A stretch of DNA of 32,000 bases from Candidatus Saccharimonadota bacterium (GTDB taxonomy: Bacteria > Patescibacteriota > Gracilibacteria > UBA4473), in the NCBI GenBank assembly GCA_020632335.1, contig JACKFV010000001.1:90001-122000 (forward strand), read 5' to 3'. A program made the position numbers and the translations under genes. Each line of letters starts with the position of its first letter. The stretch's first letter is position 1. Positions 15,681-25,031 of this stretch are shown piece by piece. The notes below the pieces were generated by a model, which made no database searches, was not told the DNA's origin, and was given only the letters and a program-made list of their open reading frames with translations.

Positions 15681-16647
15681 TGAGCGCTTGGGCTTCTCGG
15701 GCGGTGGTAGCAATGTGATGCGCCAGACCCTGCAGCTTAGCACTGAGCGCCGTGAAGCTGTCATCCGCCTGCCCCGCCGCCGCGGCGTACTGCCAAGCCT
15801 GCTGCGCACTGAGGATCGTCCCGTCGAGGAAGCCGCTCCGCCAGCGCTCATACGCCTCCACCACATAGCGCACGCTATTGGCAGTACTCTTGGCCCCCTC
15901 CAGCACGGGGCTGTGCTGCACCACGCTATCCAGGGTCTGCAGCGCCATAGTAGCGGTATCTACGTGTAGCGCCGCGGTAGGGATATCGTCCTGCTCTATA
16001 GCCTGCAGCGCCTCTACCAGATTATTCTCGGCCAGGCGCATAAGCAGCGGGAGGTCCACCGCCTGACCCCTGAGCAGCAGCCGGTAGAGCCAGAGAATCC
16101 CCTCACAGCGGGTGACGGTCTGGCTGGGATATACCTGCCCGGTAGCGTCTGGGAGGAGCACCCGCTGCGCCATGGCAAACCGCAGCGCGTCGCTATACCA
16201 CTCGCCGGTGGGGAGGTCAGCCGCTGTGGCGTCAGGGAGCGTCTCGGGGAGGGTCACCCGCAGACCCCGCAGCGCCAGGGTGAGGAACTCGGCGCGGGTC
16301 ATGGTATCTGCTGGGCGGAAGAGCGAACTCCCCGACTGCCAGCGCAGCACCTCCGTAGCCGTAGCGTGCGCCACATAAGGGGCAAACCACGCCTCTGCTG
16401 GCACATCAGCCCAGGGCTTCTCGGGTGCCGTCTGGAGCGGTTCTTCGCTCACCGCCGTGATGAGCTTGAGCGCCGCAGCGCGGGTAAGGGGCTCTGCGGG
16501 CTGGAACCCTGTAGTGGACTGCACATATCCCTCCGCAGCAAAGTACTGCAGCGGGAGCTCGCACACCGCACTGGGAGAGGCCGCCTGCGCCGCCAGTGGG
16601 GTCAGAAAAGCGAGAAAGCCGAGCGCAAACAGTGGGGTAGCGTACAT
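15670..16647 (-). CDS. S-layer homology (SLH) domain protein, exported
   Basis: Signal peptide MYATPLFALGFLAFLTPLAAQAA. Three SLH-like repeats: GYVQSTTGFQPAEPLTRAAALKLI; WFAPYVAHA...FRPADTMTRAEFLTLALRGL; WYSDALRFA...VYPSQTVTRCEGILWLYRLL. A helical C-terminal domain follows. It overlaps the convergent DUF1905 gene by 11 nt. Confidence 0.85.
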   Translation of the reverse strand: MYATPLFALGFLAFLTPLAAQAASPSAVCELPLQYFAAEGYVQSTTGFQPAEPLTRAAALKLITAVSEEPLQTAPEKPWADVPAEAWFAPYVAHATATEVLRWQSGSSLFRPADTMTRAEFLTLALRGLRVTLPETLPDATAADLPTGEWYSDALRFAMAQRVLLPDATGQVYPSQTVTRCEGILWLYRLLLRGQAVDLPLLMRLAENNLVEALQAIEQDDIPTAALHVDTATMALQTLDSVVQHSPVLEGAKSTANSVRYVVEAYERWRSGFLDGTILSAQQAWQYAAAAGQADDSFTALSAKLQGLAHHIATTAREAQALTIR

Positions 16648-16653
16648 GCTTCT

Positions 16654-16681
16654 AGGCTAGTTTTTTCCGCTGAGATGCCAA
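16654..16681 (-). promoter_or_regulatory. Candidate leaderless promoter of the SLH gene
   Basis: Minus strand reads TTGGCA (16676-16681), 16 nt, TAGCCT (16654-16659), agaagc, ATG 16647. Confidence 0.5.
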
Positions 16682-16853
16682 TAGGGCGCGCAGTGATAGG
16701 CTTGAAAGGACTGCAGAGGTATAGTCTTTTGCTAGTACTTCAGCATAAGCTCCTCGGTGGTGCAAGGCATCCTGATGGCTCGGCAATTGACGATAGCGCT
16801 GTCTTGGTGAACAATAGAATAGAACATCTGTGTGACCCTTCTCTGAAGACCTC

Positions 16854-19280
16854 ATGAACCGACCTCTCACTGCCCTCCTCGCTCTCGTGCTCAGCGGTGC
16901 CAGCGTAATGCCCCCCACTATGGCGGCCGAGATGGCCCTCTATGACAATAACGCCGCGGCCTTTGAACAGGCGGTAGTCGACACCAAGACCGACACCCCC
17001 CCGCGCTTCATCACCCGGGAGGAATGGGGTGCCGGCGCTGACCCAGTGCGGTCTCGGAGCAGCTGGGCCACGGGCTGGATCGGTAACCGGTTCTACGCGG
17101 AGGAGTCCAATCTCTTCCCGGCGGATAAGCGCCCGAGCGTCTTCCTCGACACCAATGAGCTGGGGCAACCGCTCGAGTGGCCGATCTATCACGATACGGG
17201 CAAAGATATCATCGTGGTGCACCACACGGTGAGCGAGGACATCCCCATAGACCAGGGCGATATGCCGGCCATCAAGCAGGTACGGAGCATCTGGGACTTC
17301 CATACCAATAGCCGTGGCTGGGGCGACATCGGCTACAACTTCCTCATCGACAAGCTGGGCAACATCTATGAAGGGCGCCGCGGAGGGAGTGACGCGGTGG
17401 GCGCGGGCGCCACGGGAGTGAATGTGCGAGCGCTGCACATTGCGCTTATCGGGAACTTCCAGGTGACGACCCCAAGCGGGCCGCAGCTGACCTCGCTCAA
17501 GCTGCTGAGTGCCTACCTGGCGAACAAGTACAGCATTGACGTAGATAACGAGGCGGTGGAGTTTGGCGGGCGGACGCTCCCGGCACTGGGGGGGCACCGC
17601 GACGTGGCGCTGCTGGGGCATGGTACGGCCTGCCCGGGCGAGCACCTGCATGACCTCATCGACAGCCTGAAGCCGCAGATAAAGGAGCTACAGCTCCTGC
17701 TGAAGGACGACGGCAGCCTGCCCGTAACGCGAGAATTCCTCCGCCAGACCACCAGCGCCAAGCAGCTGGTGCGCCGCAAAGTACAGACGCCCGAGAGCCA
17801 GATCCCCATCAAGCTGGGCAAACTGCTGAAAGCGCAGCCCATAGCGCGCAATAGCGAGGGGAGCCTGAGCATCGTGGTGGAGAACCTTACCAAGAGTTTC
17901 CTCTGGAAGAAGGGCGTGGCGCTGACCACCCTGCAGCAGCCCAAGGGCGTTACCCTTACCAATTTCATCGCGATGGAGGACATCGCTCCGGGCAAGAAGG
18001 GCGAGTTCCGCGCGTCTTACATCGTGACGGGAGAGGCCGACCTGGGGGATAAAATTATCGAATTGTCGCCAGATTTCCTCGAGGGGAAGGTCACCTACCA
18101 CCGCCGCAATAGCATCATCGCCGTGCCGATAACGGTAGTGGGCAGCACGCAGACCCTCACTCGGGAGGCCGCCGGAGGGCTCAAGCAGCTCACCGGGAGC
18201 GTGAGTGAGATGAACCCCAAGGCCGGGATTGCCTCCCATCTGCAGGCGTCACTCATCCGCCCCACAGCCACCGGACGTACCAGCAGCATCCGGAGTACTG
18301 CTGCCAGTGCTATAGCGGGTAGACGGGTCAGCAGTGCGGCCTTTGGCAGTCTGGACCTCCAGCCCATGCTCTCAGCTGCCCCCACGGTGAGTAGTATTCC
18401 CACTCCCCCCACCAGCACCGAGCCCCTGGTGCGGATTAACATCAGCACCTTCACCAGTGCCTATGCCAAGGTAACGGCTGATAGCCCGATGACCGTCACG
18501 GTAGCCGGTGGGCAGAGCGCGAGCGTCCCCACCGGGCAGGAGCTCACCCTGAACTACACCAATGCCAACGGCCGCGGAGAAGTGACCGCCACGGTGGGAG
18601 ATACCGAGCTGCGGGGGGCGCACCTGACCCTCACCGCCGGATGGAATGGCGTGCTAACCGTGCACAACTACAACCGGGGCATTAGCAATAGTCTGGCGTA
18701 TAACCGCTTCCTCAACACGCTGAAGTTCTACCCCGAGGAGAGCCACCTGCTGCTGGTGAATGAGCTGGGGGTAGAGCAGTACCTCAACGGCGTGAGCGAA
18801 GAGCCCAGCAACGAACCCCTCGAGAAGAAGCACGCCATATGGGTGGCCACACGAGGGTACATCTTAGCGTATAGCAAGAGTATGGGCTGGAAGCAGAAAT
18901 TCCCCGGCGAGTGGCGCTATGATATGCAAGACCTGCCCAGCTGCTGTGTGTTCTACCTGGGGCACCAATGGACAGAGAATAACGACAGCCAGATAGCGCT
19001 GGTAGCCGACACCCGCGGCATGACCCCCACCTATGAGGGCAAACCGGCTATCCTCCCCTACTACAGCTCGAGCGCCGGGAAGGGCAGCGCCAGCTGGAAG
19101 AGCCAGTACCCCTACCTGAAGGAGCTCACCCTCCCCTATGACGTGGGACAGCCAGAGCGCGGTCACCTGAACGGTATGAGCGCCTACACCGCCAAGCAGC
19201 TTGCGCTACGAGACGGCTATGACTATAAACAGATTATCGATTTCTTCTTCGACGGGATCGAGATAGAGCAGCTCTATTAA
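16854..19280 (+). CDS. Exported peptidoglycan hydrolase: N-acetylmuramoyl-L-alanine amidase (Amidase_2/PGRP) domain fused to a SpoIID/LytB domain
   Basis: Signal peptide MNRPLTALLALVLSGASVMPPTMAA. Amidase_2 blocks: IIVVHHTVSE, FHTNSRGWGDIGYNFLIDKLGNIYEGRRGG, GHRDVALLGHGTACPGEHL. A ~300-aa beta-rich linker follows. SpoIID blocks: LLVNELGVEQYLNGVSEEP, VATRGYILAY, TPTYEGKPAILPYYSSSAGKGSA, YPYLKELTLPYD, GHLNGMSAYTAKQLALRDGYDYKQIIDFFFDGIEIEQLY. Confidence 0.9.
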   Translation: MNRPLTALLALVLSGASVMPPTMAAEMALYDNNAAAFEQAVVDTKTDTPPRFITREEWGAGADPVRSRSSWATGWIGNRFYAEESNLFPADKRPSVFLDTNELGQPLEWPIYHDTGKDIIVVHHTVSEDIPIDQGDMPAIKQVRSIWDFHTNSRGWGDIGYNFLIDKLGNIYEGRRGGSDAVGAGATGVNVRALHIALIGNFQVTTPSGPQLTSLKLLSAYLANKYSIDVDNEAVEFGGRTLPALGGHRDVALLGHGTACPGEHLHDLIDSLKPQIKELQLLLKDDGSLPVTREFLRQTTSAKQLVRRKVQTPESQIPIKLGKLLKAQPIARNSEGSLSIVVENLTKSFLWKKGVALTTLQQPKGVTLTNFIAMEDIAPGKKGEFRASYIVTGEADLGDKIIELSPDFLEGKVTYHRRNSIIAVPITVVGSTQTLTREAAGGLKQLTGSVSEMNPKAGIASHLQASLIRPTATGRTSSIRSTAASAIAGRRVSSAAFGSLDLQPMLSAAPTVSSIPTPPTSTEPLVRINISTFTSAYAKVTADSPMTVTVAGGQSASVPTGQELTLNYTNANGRGEVTATVGDTELRGAHLTLTAGWNGVLTVHNYNRGISNSLAYNRFLNTLKFYPEESHLLLVNELGVEQYLNGVSEEPSNEPLEKKHAIWVATRGYILAYSKSMGWKQKFPGEWRYDMQDLPSCCVFYLGHQWTENNDSQIALVADTRGMTPTYEGKPAILPYYSSSAGKGSASWKSQYPYLKELTLPYDVGQPERGHLNGMSAYTAKQLALRDGYDYKQIIDFFFDGIEIEQLY

Positions 19281-19291
19281 TCCCCCTTCTC

Positions 19292-20215
19292 ATGCAGTAC
19301 ACCCTCCAGCGCAGTACCACTATCGCGGCTCCTCTGCAGCAGGTGATGGACACCATCACGGACTTTGCCACCTGGGCGCAGTGGTCTCCCTGGGCAGTGA
19401 TAGACCCCGAGCAGCAGGTGACGCTCAGCGGTACCCCGGGGCAGATAGGACACCGCATGGAGTGGGAAGGACGCCTGAGTGGCAAGGGGCAGATGACCAT
19501 CACCCACCGGAGCGACGCCGAGATGCGCGTGGCACTGCAGTTCTGGAAGCCGTTTAAGTCACAGGCGTCCTCCAGATTCTCCCTCACCGAGCAGGGCGGG
19601 CAGACGGAGGTCACCTGGCAGATGCAGGCCCATATGCCATGGTTCCTCTTCTGGATGATCCCCACGATGAAATCTATGGTAGAGATGGACTTTGACCAGG
19701 GGCTTCTCATGCTCCGCTCGCTCATAGAGACCGGGAAGATAGAGAGTACCATCACCTATGAGGGGCTGGTGGACTTCACCGGGTTTAGCGTGGTAGGGCT
19801 ACAGAAGACCTCCCCTATGGATAGCATCGGTGAGGATATGCAGGGGCTCTTCGATCGCATCGGCCGGGACATGGGCGAGGCCTACTTCGGCCGGCACTGG
19901 CTGGCGCTCTACCCCAAGGTGGATATGCGGCACAAGCGCTTTACCTACACGGTAGCGGTATCAGATGAAAAGCTGGGGGGCCGTAGCCTGGGGCCGGACT
20001 ATGTGCAGCAGACCCTCCCCAGTACCAAGGCGCTGAAGATAACCCACACGGGGAGCTATGAGTTTCTCGGCAGTGCGTGGAGCCGCGGCATGATGGAGGT
20101 GCGCGCGCAGAAGCTCCGGCAGCACGGTGCGCCCTTTGAGTACTACGTCAATAGCCCGCACGACACCCCAGAGGCAGATCTCATCACCGAGATTTACTTC
20201 CCCGTACGGGGCTAG
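19292..20215 (+). CDS. SRPBCC (polyketide-cyclase/AHSA1-like) plus GyrI-like small-molecule-binding domain protein
   Basis: N-terminus STTIAAPLQQVMDTITDFATWAQWSPW is SRPBCC-like. The C-terminal half (FSVVGLQKT...GSYEFLGSAW...EIYFPVRG) is GyrI-like. It starts 11 nt after the amidase stop and is probably co-transcribed. Confidence 0.85.
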   Translation: MQYTLQRSTTIAAPLQQVMDTITDFATWAQWSPWAVIDPEQQVTLSGTPGQIGHRMEWEGRLSGKGQMTITHRSDAEMRVALQFWKPFKSQASSRFSLTEQGGQTEVTWQMQAHMPWFLFWMIPTMKSMVEMDFDQGLLMLRSLIETGKIESTITYEGLVDFTGFSVVGLQKTSPMDSIGEDMQGLFDRIGRDMGEAYFGRHWLALYPKVDMRHKRFTYTVAVSDEKLGGRSLGPDYVQQTLPSTKALKITHTGSYEFLGSAWSRGMMEVRAQKLRQHGAPFEYYVNSPHDTPEADLITEIYFPVRG

Positions 20216-20221
20216 AACGGC

Positions 20222-20251
20222 TTGACGACAGGAGCAAATGCTTGCTAGTAT
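20222..20251 (+). promoter_or_regulatory. Candidate promoter of the LTD gene
   Basis: TTGACG (20222-20227), 18 nt, TAGTAT (20246-20251). Confidence 0.5.
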
Positions 20252-20271
20252 AGAAAGATTTCCTTCTTTCT

Positions 20272-21747
20272 ATGGCATCTTCTCGGTCCTCAGTCTTCGG
20301 TCTTCTGCTAGCAGGGTTTGCTGCGGGGGCATTCTTTCCCTCGGTTACGCAGCAGCTGACTGGCTTTCTCACCGCTGCGGTGACCTCCACCACGTATAGC
20401 GTCTCGCCCTACGCGGGGCAGATCGTCATTAATGAGGTCTCCTACGCGCAGTCCTCTACGGCCTCGGCGGCAAATAACGACGAGTTCATCGAGCTCTACA
20501 ACGCCGGCACAAGCCCCATAGACTTGCAGGGCTGGGGCCTGCTGGATACCGACGCGATCTCCTTCCTCCCGCCACTGGCACCGCCCAGCTCGGGTGAGGG
20601 GGGCACGGGGACCATCAGCGGGACGACGCAGCCCTTTGACTTTGACACCGCGTGTGGCAGCTATGCTGTCTGTAGTGGGAGCACCGTACTAGCGCCGGGC
20701 AAGTACGCTGTCATCTGGGTAGGGAACCCCGGCGTACTGCAGAGCACCACGAGTACGGAGGTGACCTTCCAGGCCTGGATGGGCAAAGCGCCCAAGCTGA
20801 ACAACGGCAACGACGACCTCTGGCTCTACGACCCCTCAGACGCGGTGGTGGGCATCGTCAGCTGGGGGAGCGGCACGTCTCTCTCGCCCATACCGGGAGC
20901 GCTTAGCAGCCTCTGGAATACCAGTAACAACGCCTCCCTCACCGGAGCCAGCGCCGGCACGTCGATCAGTCTGGCTACTAATGGCGCCACTCCTGCAAAC
21001 CCCAACTGCTGGGAGCTTACCCTCAGCGCCGATGCCGATGGTCTCTGTCCGGGGTACATCCCCACACGGACGACCACTGCGCCGCTGGTAGAGAGCCCAG
21101 GGGCCAATAACCATAACCCAGAGGACCTCCCTGTGGTGCCAGACCCGGTGACGCCTCCCACACCCCTAGACCCCCCACACGGCAGCGTGCCCTCTATGCA
21201 GAATAATCCGGAGAAGTACAACGGCTATACCTCCGTGCTGGAGGCGGCGTCTTATGCCAACTGTAGCGAGGAAGAGCTGGGGATGAAGATAGCCGCTATG
21301 TCAGTGCAGGACTACCTCCAGATGAAGGGAATCGCTACCAGCGCCTATAGGCAGATATCGGTCTCCCCTCTCTCCGGCACGCTGGAAGCCGTCACCGGTA
21401 TCCTCTGCCCGGCACCACTGGTGGCTGACGCGCGCCCTCCTGTACTCTTCCGTGGCTTCACAGACCGCACGGGTACCCGTAACATTGCTCTTACCCGGGA
21501 TAGTGACGCCAGAGCGCAGCTGGCTACCAGCCGTAGCGATTTCCTCTCCTCTGCAAGCAAAACACCCAGTGTCGTAGAGGTGCTGGATGGTCGGCGGAGC
21601 TTTGTGGGGAGTATCCTCACCCGTGATGGGTACCAGCCACGCAGTATGCCCATGACCCTGGAGCAGCTGAAGGCCCGCTACCAGTACCTGCAGCCCATAG
21701 ACGCCGCAGATGCCAGCACGGTGGGGAGGATACGCGCTGCACGCTAA
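20272..21747 (+). CDS. Lamin-tail-domain (LTD) exported protein with Pro-rich linker and unknown C-terminal domain
   Basis: N-terminal anchor SSVFGLLLAGFAAGAFF. LTD signature IVINEVSYAQ...NNDEFIELYNAGTSPIDLQGWGLLD...NNGNDDLWLYD. Pro-rich linker PEDLPVVPDPVTPPTPLDPP. About 190 aa at the C-terminus are unassigned. Confidence 0.85.
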   Translation: MASSRSSVFGLLLAGFAAGAFFPSVTQQLTGFLTAAVTSTTYSVSPYAGQIVINEVSYAQSSTASAANNDEFIELYNAGTSPIDLQGWGLLDTDAISFLPPLAPPSSGEGGTGTISGTTQPFDFDTACGSYAVCSGSTVLAPGKYAVIWVGNPGVLQSTTSTEVTFQAWMGKAPKLNNGNDDLWLYDPSDAVVGIVSWGSGTSLSPIPGALSSLWNTSNNASLTGASAGTSISLATNGATPANPNCWELTLSADADGLCPGYIPTRTTTAPLVESPGANNHNPEDLPVVPDPVTPPTPLDPPHGSVPSMQNNPEKYNGYTSVLEAASYANCSEEELGMKIAAMSVQDYLQMKGIATSAYRQISVSPLSGTLEAVTGILCPAPLVADARPPVLFRGFTDRTGTRNIALTRDSDARAQLATSRSDFLSSASKTPSVVEVLDGRRSFVGSILTRDGYQPRSMPMTLEQLKARYQYLQPIDAADASTVGRIRAAR

Positions 21748-21759
21748 ATATCTCCACCG

Positions 21760-21800
21760 AAAAAAAGCGCCTCTGAGATCTCAGAGCGCGCTTTATATTT
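21760..21800. terminator. Bidirectional terminator between convergent LTD and 422-aa genes
   Basis: The 16-nt perfect palindrome ctctgagatctcagag is extended by gcgc/gcgc pairing. A7 lies upstream (21760-21766) and a T-rich tract downstream. Confidence 0.7.
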
Positions 21801-21812
21801 TTAAGAAAATAC

Positions 21813-23075
21813 TTATTCGAATTGGAACGGGCTACCGATACAGACATTGCCCGTATCCAGGTAGCCAGAACAACTAGCTCCTTGGAGGGCAATACAGTTA
21901 TATGCCGGGTCCAAGGCATCCCCTGTGGCCTGTGACGTAGCCTGTACCCCATAGTAAGGGGGGAGTCCATACAGCGCAAGCTGCATAAACACCTCTGAGG
22001 AGGGGGAGGGAGCGTAGTATTCGTAAGTGATACTGAATACTATCGTATCTCCCATTTGTACTACAGGAAAACTAGGGGGGATATACAAATGAACGATGTT
22101 CTGTATCATTTGGGACGAAGTTAATTGCGTCCCAGTACTATTGTACAATCGAAAAGAACCATCACAATTATTTGTATTCGAAAAATATAAATCTGTTAAT
22201 TGTACAGGTCCTCGAAGTGCCGTTACAGCAAACTCGAGAACCTCATATTCTCCGGATACCGCTATCGTAGTAGTGTCCGCACTAGGGGCGGAACTCCACA
22301 CACTTAGTAATGGATACTGCCATACCTGTAGAGATATAGAAGCTGTATCTACTAATAGGCAACTTGGATAATTTTGATCAATATTTACCTTAACTTGATT
22401 AATAAAATAATCAATAACAGTATCAGAAGTAATAGTAGGAGACAGCTCTAATTTAATGGTTAATATCCAGGTTGTATTTGGGTACAACCACCCATTCAAT
22501 GGGACATAATTAGATCCATTGTGAATCAAAAATGGACTACCATACTGAGTCCCAAAACTGGTATAGAATGCCCCCGTTATGCCATTATTTGGCAATCCAG
22601 AGAAGGTGAACCATACACCATGACCCATAGCGGAGTTGAAGTTATGAGAACCAGACGAATGGTTTTCAAAAACAATCTCAGCTACAGGGATGTTATCCCC
22701 CTTAACCGTTTCTGTGGTGAGTTTATTTAGGTGCACGTATATATGGGGCTCCAGGCCTCCTACCTCCACCCGAAGAGAATCCCCCGGCGGTGGGCCCAAG
22801 GTATGCCCCCCAATAAGTGCGCAGCTATCAGGGAAGATCGTCATCGCTCCTCCTGGAGTTATCTTCCCTTCCTGCAGAGTGATATACTCTACACCAGGGA
22901 GATGATCCTCAAGTATAACAGGGTATGTGGGGTTGAGCCCACAGCTAAAATAATAAGAGGAATCGGTCAGAGAGATTACCCTGTTTGCAATATTGACATT
23001 TGTGTAGTCAGTACACTGTGCGGCGATGTATGATGAAAACACCAAAAACGAGACAAAAATAATAATTTTTTTCAT
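21813..23075 (-). CDS. Secreted beta-rich Cys-containing hypothetical protein (about 420 aa), AT-rich, no family recognised
   Basis: Signal peptide MKKIIIFVSFLVFSSYIAAQC (ATG 23075; the track's TTG at 23081 is less likely). The protein is Ser/Thr/Asn/Tyr/Gly-rich and predicted all-beta. One 60-nt line (22381-22440) contains only 13 G+C by hand count. It has its own promoter and shares the bidirectional terminator. Confidence 0.75.
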   Translation of the reverse strand: MKKIIIFVSFLVFSSYIAAQCTDYTNVNIANRVISLTDSSYYFSCGLNPTYPVILEDHLPGVEYITLQEGKITPGGAMTIFPDSCALIGGHTLGPPPGDSLRVEVGGLEPHIYVHLNKLTTETVKGDNIPVAEIVFENHSSGSHNFNSAMGHGVWFTFSGLPNNGITGAFYTSFGTQYGSPFLIHNGSNYVPLNGWLYPNTTWILTIKLELSPTITSDTVIDYFINQVKVNIDQNYPSCLLVDTASISLQVWQYPLLSVWSSAPSADTTTIAVSGEYEVLEFAVTALRGPVQLTDLYFSNTNNCDGSFRLYNSTGTQLTSSQMIQNIVHLYIPPSFPVVQMGDTIVFSITYEYYAPSPSSEVFMQLALYGLPPYYGVQATSQATGDALDPAYNCIALQGASCSGYLDTGNVCIGSPFQFE

Positions 23076-23140
23076 GAGCAAAATTTTTTAAAATAGTTAA
23101 ATAATTAATGTGAAAGATCTATCCCTACTGGGATACAAGA

Positions 23141-23168
23141 TTTATACAGAAAATAACACGAAAGTCAA
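23141..23168 (-). promoter_or_regulatory. Candidate promoter of the 422-aa gene
   Basis: Minus strand reads TTGACT (23163-23168), 16 nt, TATAAA (23141-23146). This is immediately after the proS stop and gives a ~60-nt AT-rich leader. Confidence 0.45.
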
Positions 23169-23171
23169 TGC

Positions 23172-24644
23172 CTAGTACGCCTGGGCAAAGAGCACCCGCC
23201 GCTGCGACGGCTGCCCGCTATAGACGCACACCCCAGGTGCGGCATCACCGGCAAAGGGAATGCAGCGTATGGTGGCTTTGGTCGCTTTTTTGATAGCGTC
23301 TTCGGTCTCAGCGGTGCCGTCCCAGTGGGCCAGTACAAAGCCTCGCTCCTCGGTTATCACTCGCTGGAACTCCTCCCAGGTGTCAGCGGTACGCGTCATG
23401 GCGTCGCGGTACTCCCGTGCCTGGGCATAGAGCGTCTGCTGGATCTCCTCCAGCAGCTGGGGGATGCGGGTAGCAAGCTCCGCCACGGGCACCTGGAGCT
23501 TCTCCCCCGTGTCACGCCGGGTGAGCTCCACAGCGCTCTCATCCAGGTCTCGCGGCCCCACCGCCATCCGCAGTGGCACCCCGCGCAGCTCCCACTCGGC
23601 AAATTTATACCCCGGGCGCTGCTGCATATCGTCGTCTATTTTCACTCGCAGGTGGGGGAGCTCTTGCTGCAGTCCCTCCACTATGGCGTGGATCTCGGGC
23701 AGGCGGCTGGCGGTTTTCTCGGTGATAATGGGCACCACCACCAGCTGCACGGGCGCTATACGGGGCGGTAGGCGCAGGCCCTGGTCATCACTATGCACCA
23801 TGATGAGCGCTCCCATCAGCCGCGTGCTCACCCCCCAGCTAGTGGCGTAGGGGGTCTGCAGTTCGCCATTGGCGTCGGTGTAGGTCACGTCAAATGCCCG
23901 GCCAAAGTTCTGCCCCAGGTTATGGCTGGTGCCCATCTGCAGCGCCTTGCCGTCTTGCATCAGTCCCTCGATGGTATAGGTCTGTGTCGCGCCCGCAAAC
24001 CGCTCTGAGGGGCTCTTCACCCCGGGTATCACCGGCACGGCCATGATGTCCTCGGCCAGCACACGGTACTCCTCCAGCATAGTGCGGGCCTCTGCGTCGG
24101 CCTCCTCGGCACTGGCGTGAGCGGTATGCCCCTCCTGCCAGAAGAATTCCGTAGTGCGGAGAAACGGCCGCGTGCGCATCTCCCACCGCACCACATTGGC
24201 CCACTGGTTGATGAGCAGCGGCAGGTCACGGTAGGAGCGGATCCACTGCTGGAAGCTATGCCAGATGATGGTCTCAGACGTTGGCCGCACGATGAGCGGC
24301 TCCTCCAGCGCGGCCTCTGGGTCGACGATAACGCCGTGCTTGGGGTCAGTCTTCAGCCGGTAGTGGGTCACCACCGCGCATTCCTTGGCAAAGCCCTCTA
24401 TATGGTCAGCCTCCTTGGCCAAGAAGCTCTGCGGAATAAACAGCGGGAACGACGCATTCACGTGCCCCGTGGCCTTTATCCGGGCGTCGAAGTAGTCCCG
24501 AATCGCCTCCCATACCGCCCAGCCGTAGGGCCGCACCACCATACAGCCCCGCACCGGCGAGTGCTCGGCGAGGTCTGCGTGGGCCACCAGGTCGTTGTAC
24601 CAGGCCGAGAAGTCCGTGCTGCGAGGGGTAATGGGAGACGCCAT
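23172..24644 (-). CDS. proS: Proline--tRNA ligase, archaeal/eukaryotic-like type (no INS editing domain; C-terminal Zn-binding-type domain ending in Tyr)
   Basis: 490 aa. FSAWYNDLV...[21 protein letters not shown], class II motif 2 region [16 protein letters not shown], and a C-terminus ...RVLFAQAY. The length and terminal Tyr are characteristic of the archaeal-like ProRS subgroup. Confidence 0.96.
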   Translation of the reverse strand: MASPITPRSTDFSAWYNDLVAHADLAEHSPVRGCMVVRPYGWAVWEAIRDYFDARIKATGHVNASFPLFIPQSFLAKEADHIEGFAKECAVVTHYRLKTDPKHGVIVDPEAALEEPLIVRPTSETIIWHSFQQWIRSYRDLPLLINQWANVVRWEMRTRPFLRTTEFFWQEGHTAHASAEEADAEARTMLEEYRVLAEDIMAVPVIPGVKSPSERFAGATQTYTIEGLMQDGKALQMGTSHNLGQNFGRAFDVTYTDANGELQTPYATSWGVSTRLMGALIMVHSDDQGLRLPPRIAPVQLVVVPIITEKTASRLPEIHAIVEGLQQELPHLRVKIDDDMQQRPGYKFAEWELRGVPLRMAVGPRDLDESAVELTRRDTGEKLQVPVAELATRIPQLLEEIQQTLYAQAREYRDAMTRTADTWEEFQRVITEERGFVLAHWDGTAETEDAIKKATKATIRCIPFAGDAAPGVCVYSGQPSQRRVLFAQAY

Positions 24645-24650
24645 GAGCGC

Positions 24651-24678
24651 TGTATAGTGATTTTTTTAGAGGAGTCGA
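24651..24678 (-). promoter_or_regulatory. Candidate internal leaderless promoter of proS
   Basis: Minus strand reads TCGACT (24673-24678), 16 nt, TATACA (24651-24656), gcgctc, ATG 24644. The -35 lies inside the 3' end of csaA. Confidence 0.4.
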
Positions 24679-25019
24679 GTGCCATTTGGGAGAGATACCG
24701 GCGGGCTGGGCACGTCTGGCTGGGCCAGTACTACTCCCCCCTCTGCATCGTGGAAGCCCAGCACCAGCACCTCACTCATCACCCGGCCTACCTGCTTGGG
24801 CGGCACGTTACTCACCACCATCACCCGCCTGCCGAGGAGCTGCTCGGGCGTATAGTGGGCGGTTATCTGTGCAGAGGATTGCTTCACTCCCAGCACTGGC
24901 CCGCAGTCAATGTGCAGGATATACGCAGAGCGGCGAGCCTCTGGGTATGGCTGGGCAGAGACTACCGTCCCCAGGCATATCTCTACGCGGAGGAAGTCGT
25001 CATACGTGCAGTGGTGCAT
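24666..25019 (-). CDS. csaA: CsaA/Trbp111-type tRNA-binding (OB-fold) protein
   Basis: 117 aa. FLRVEICLGTVVSAQPYPEARRSAYILHIDCG...SAQITAHYTPEQLLGRRVMVVSNVPPKQVGRVMSEVLVLGF matches the tRNA_bind domain pattern. Confidence 0.9.
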   Translation of the reverse strand: MHHCTYDDFLRVEICLGTVVSAQPYPEARRSAYILHIDCGPVLGVKQSSAQITAHYTPEQLLGRRVMVVSNVPPKQVGRVMSEVLVLGFHDAEGGVVLAQPDVPSPPVSLPNGTRLL

Positions 25020-25031
25020 AGCGAGCGTTGC

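Noticed and set aside
16648-16853. Possible riboswitch (for example c-di-AMP/ydaO, often found before wall hydrolases) in the 206-bp region upstream of the amidase-SpoIID gene
   Set aside because: I could not find the conserved ydaO sequence blocks or convincing pseudo-symmetric helices by eye. Part of the region is explained by the SLH-gene promoter. An Infernal/Rfam scan would be the decisive test.
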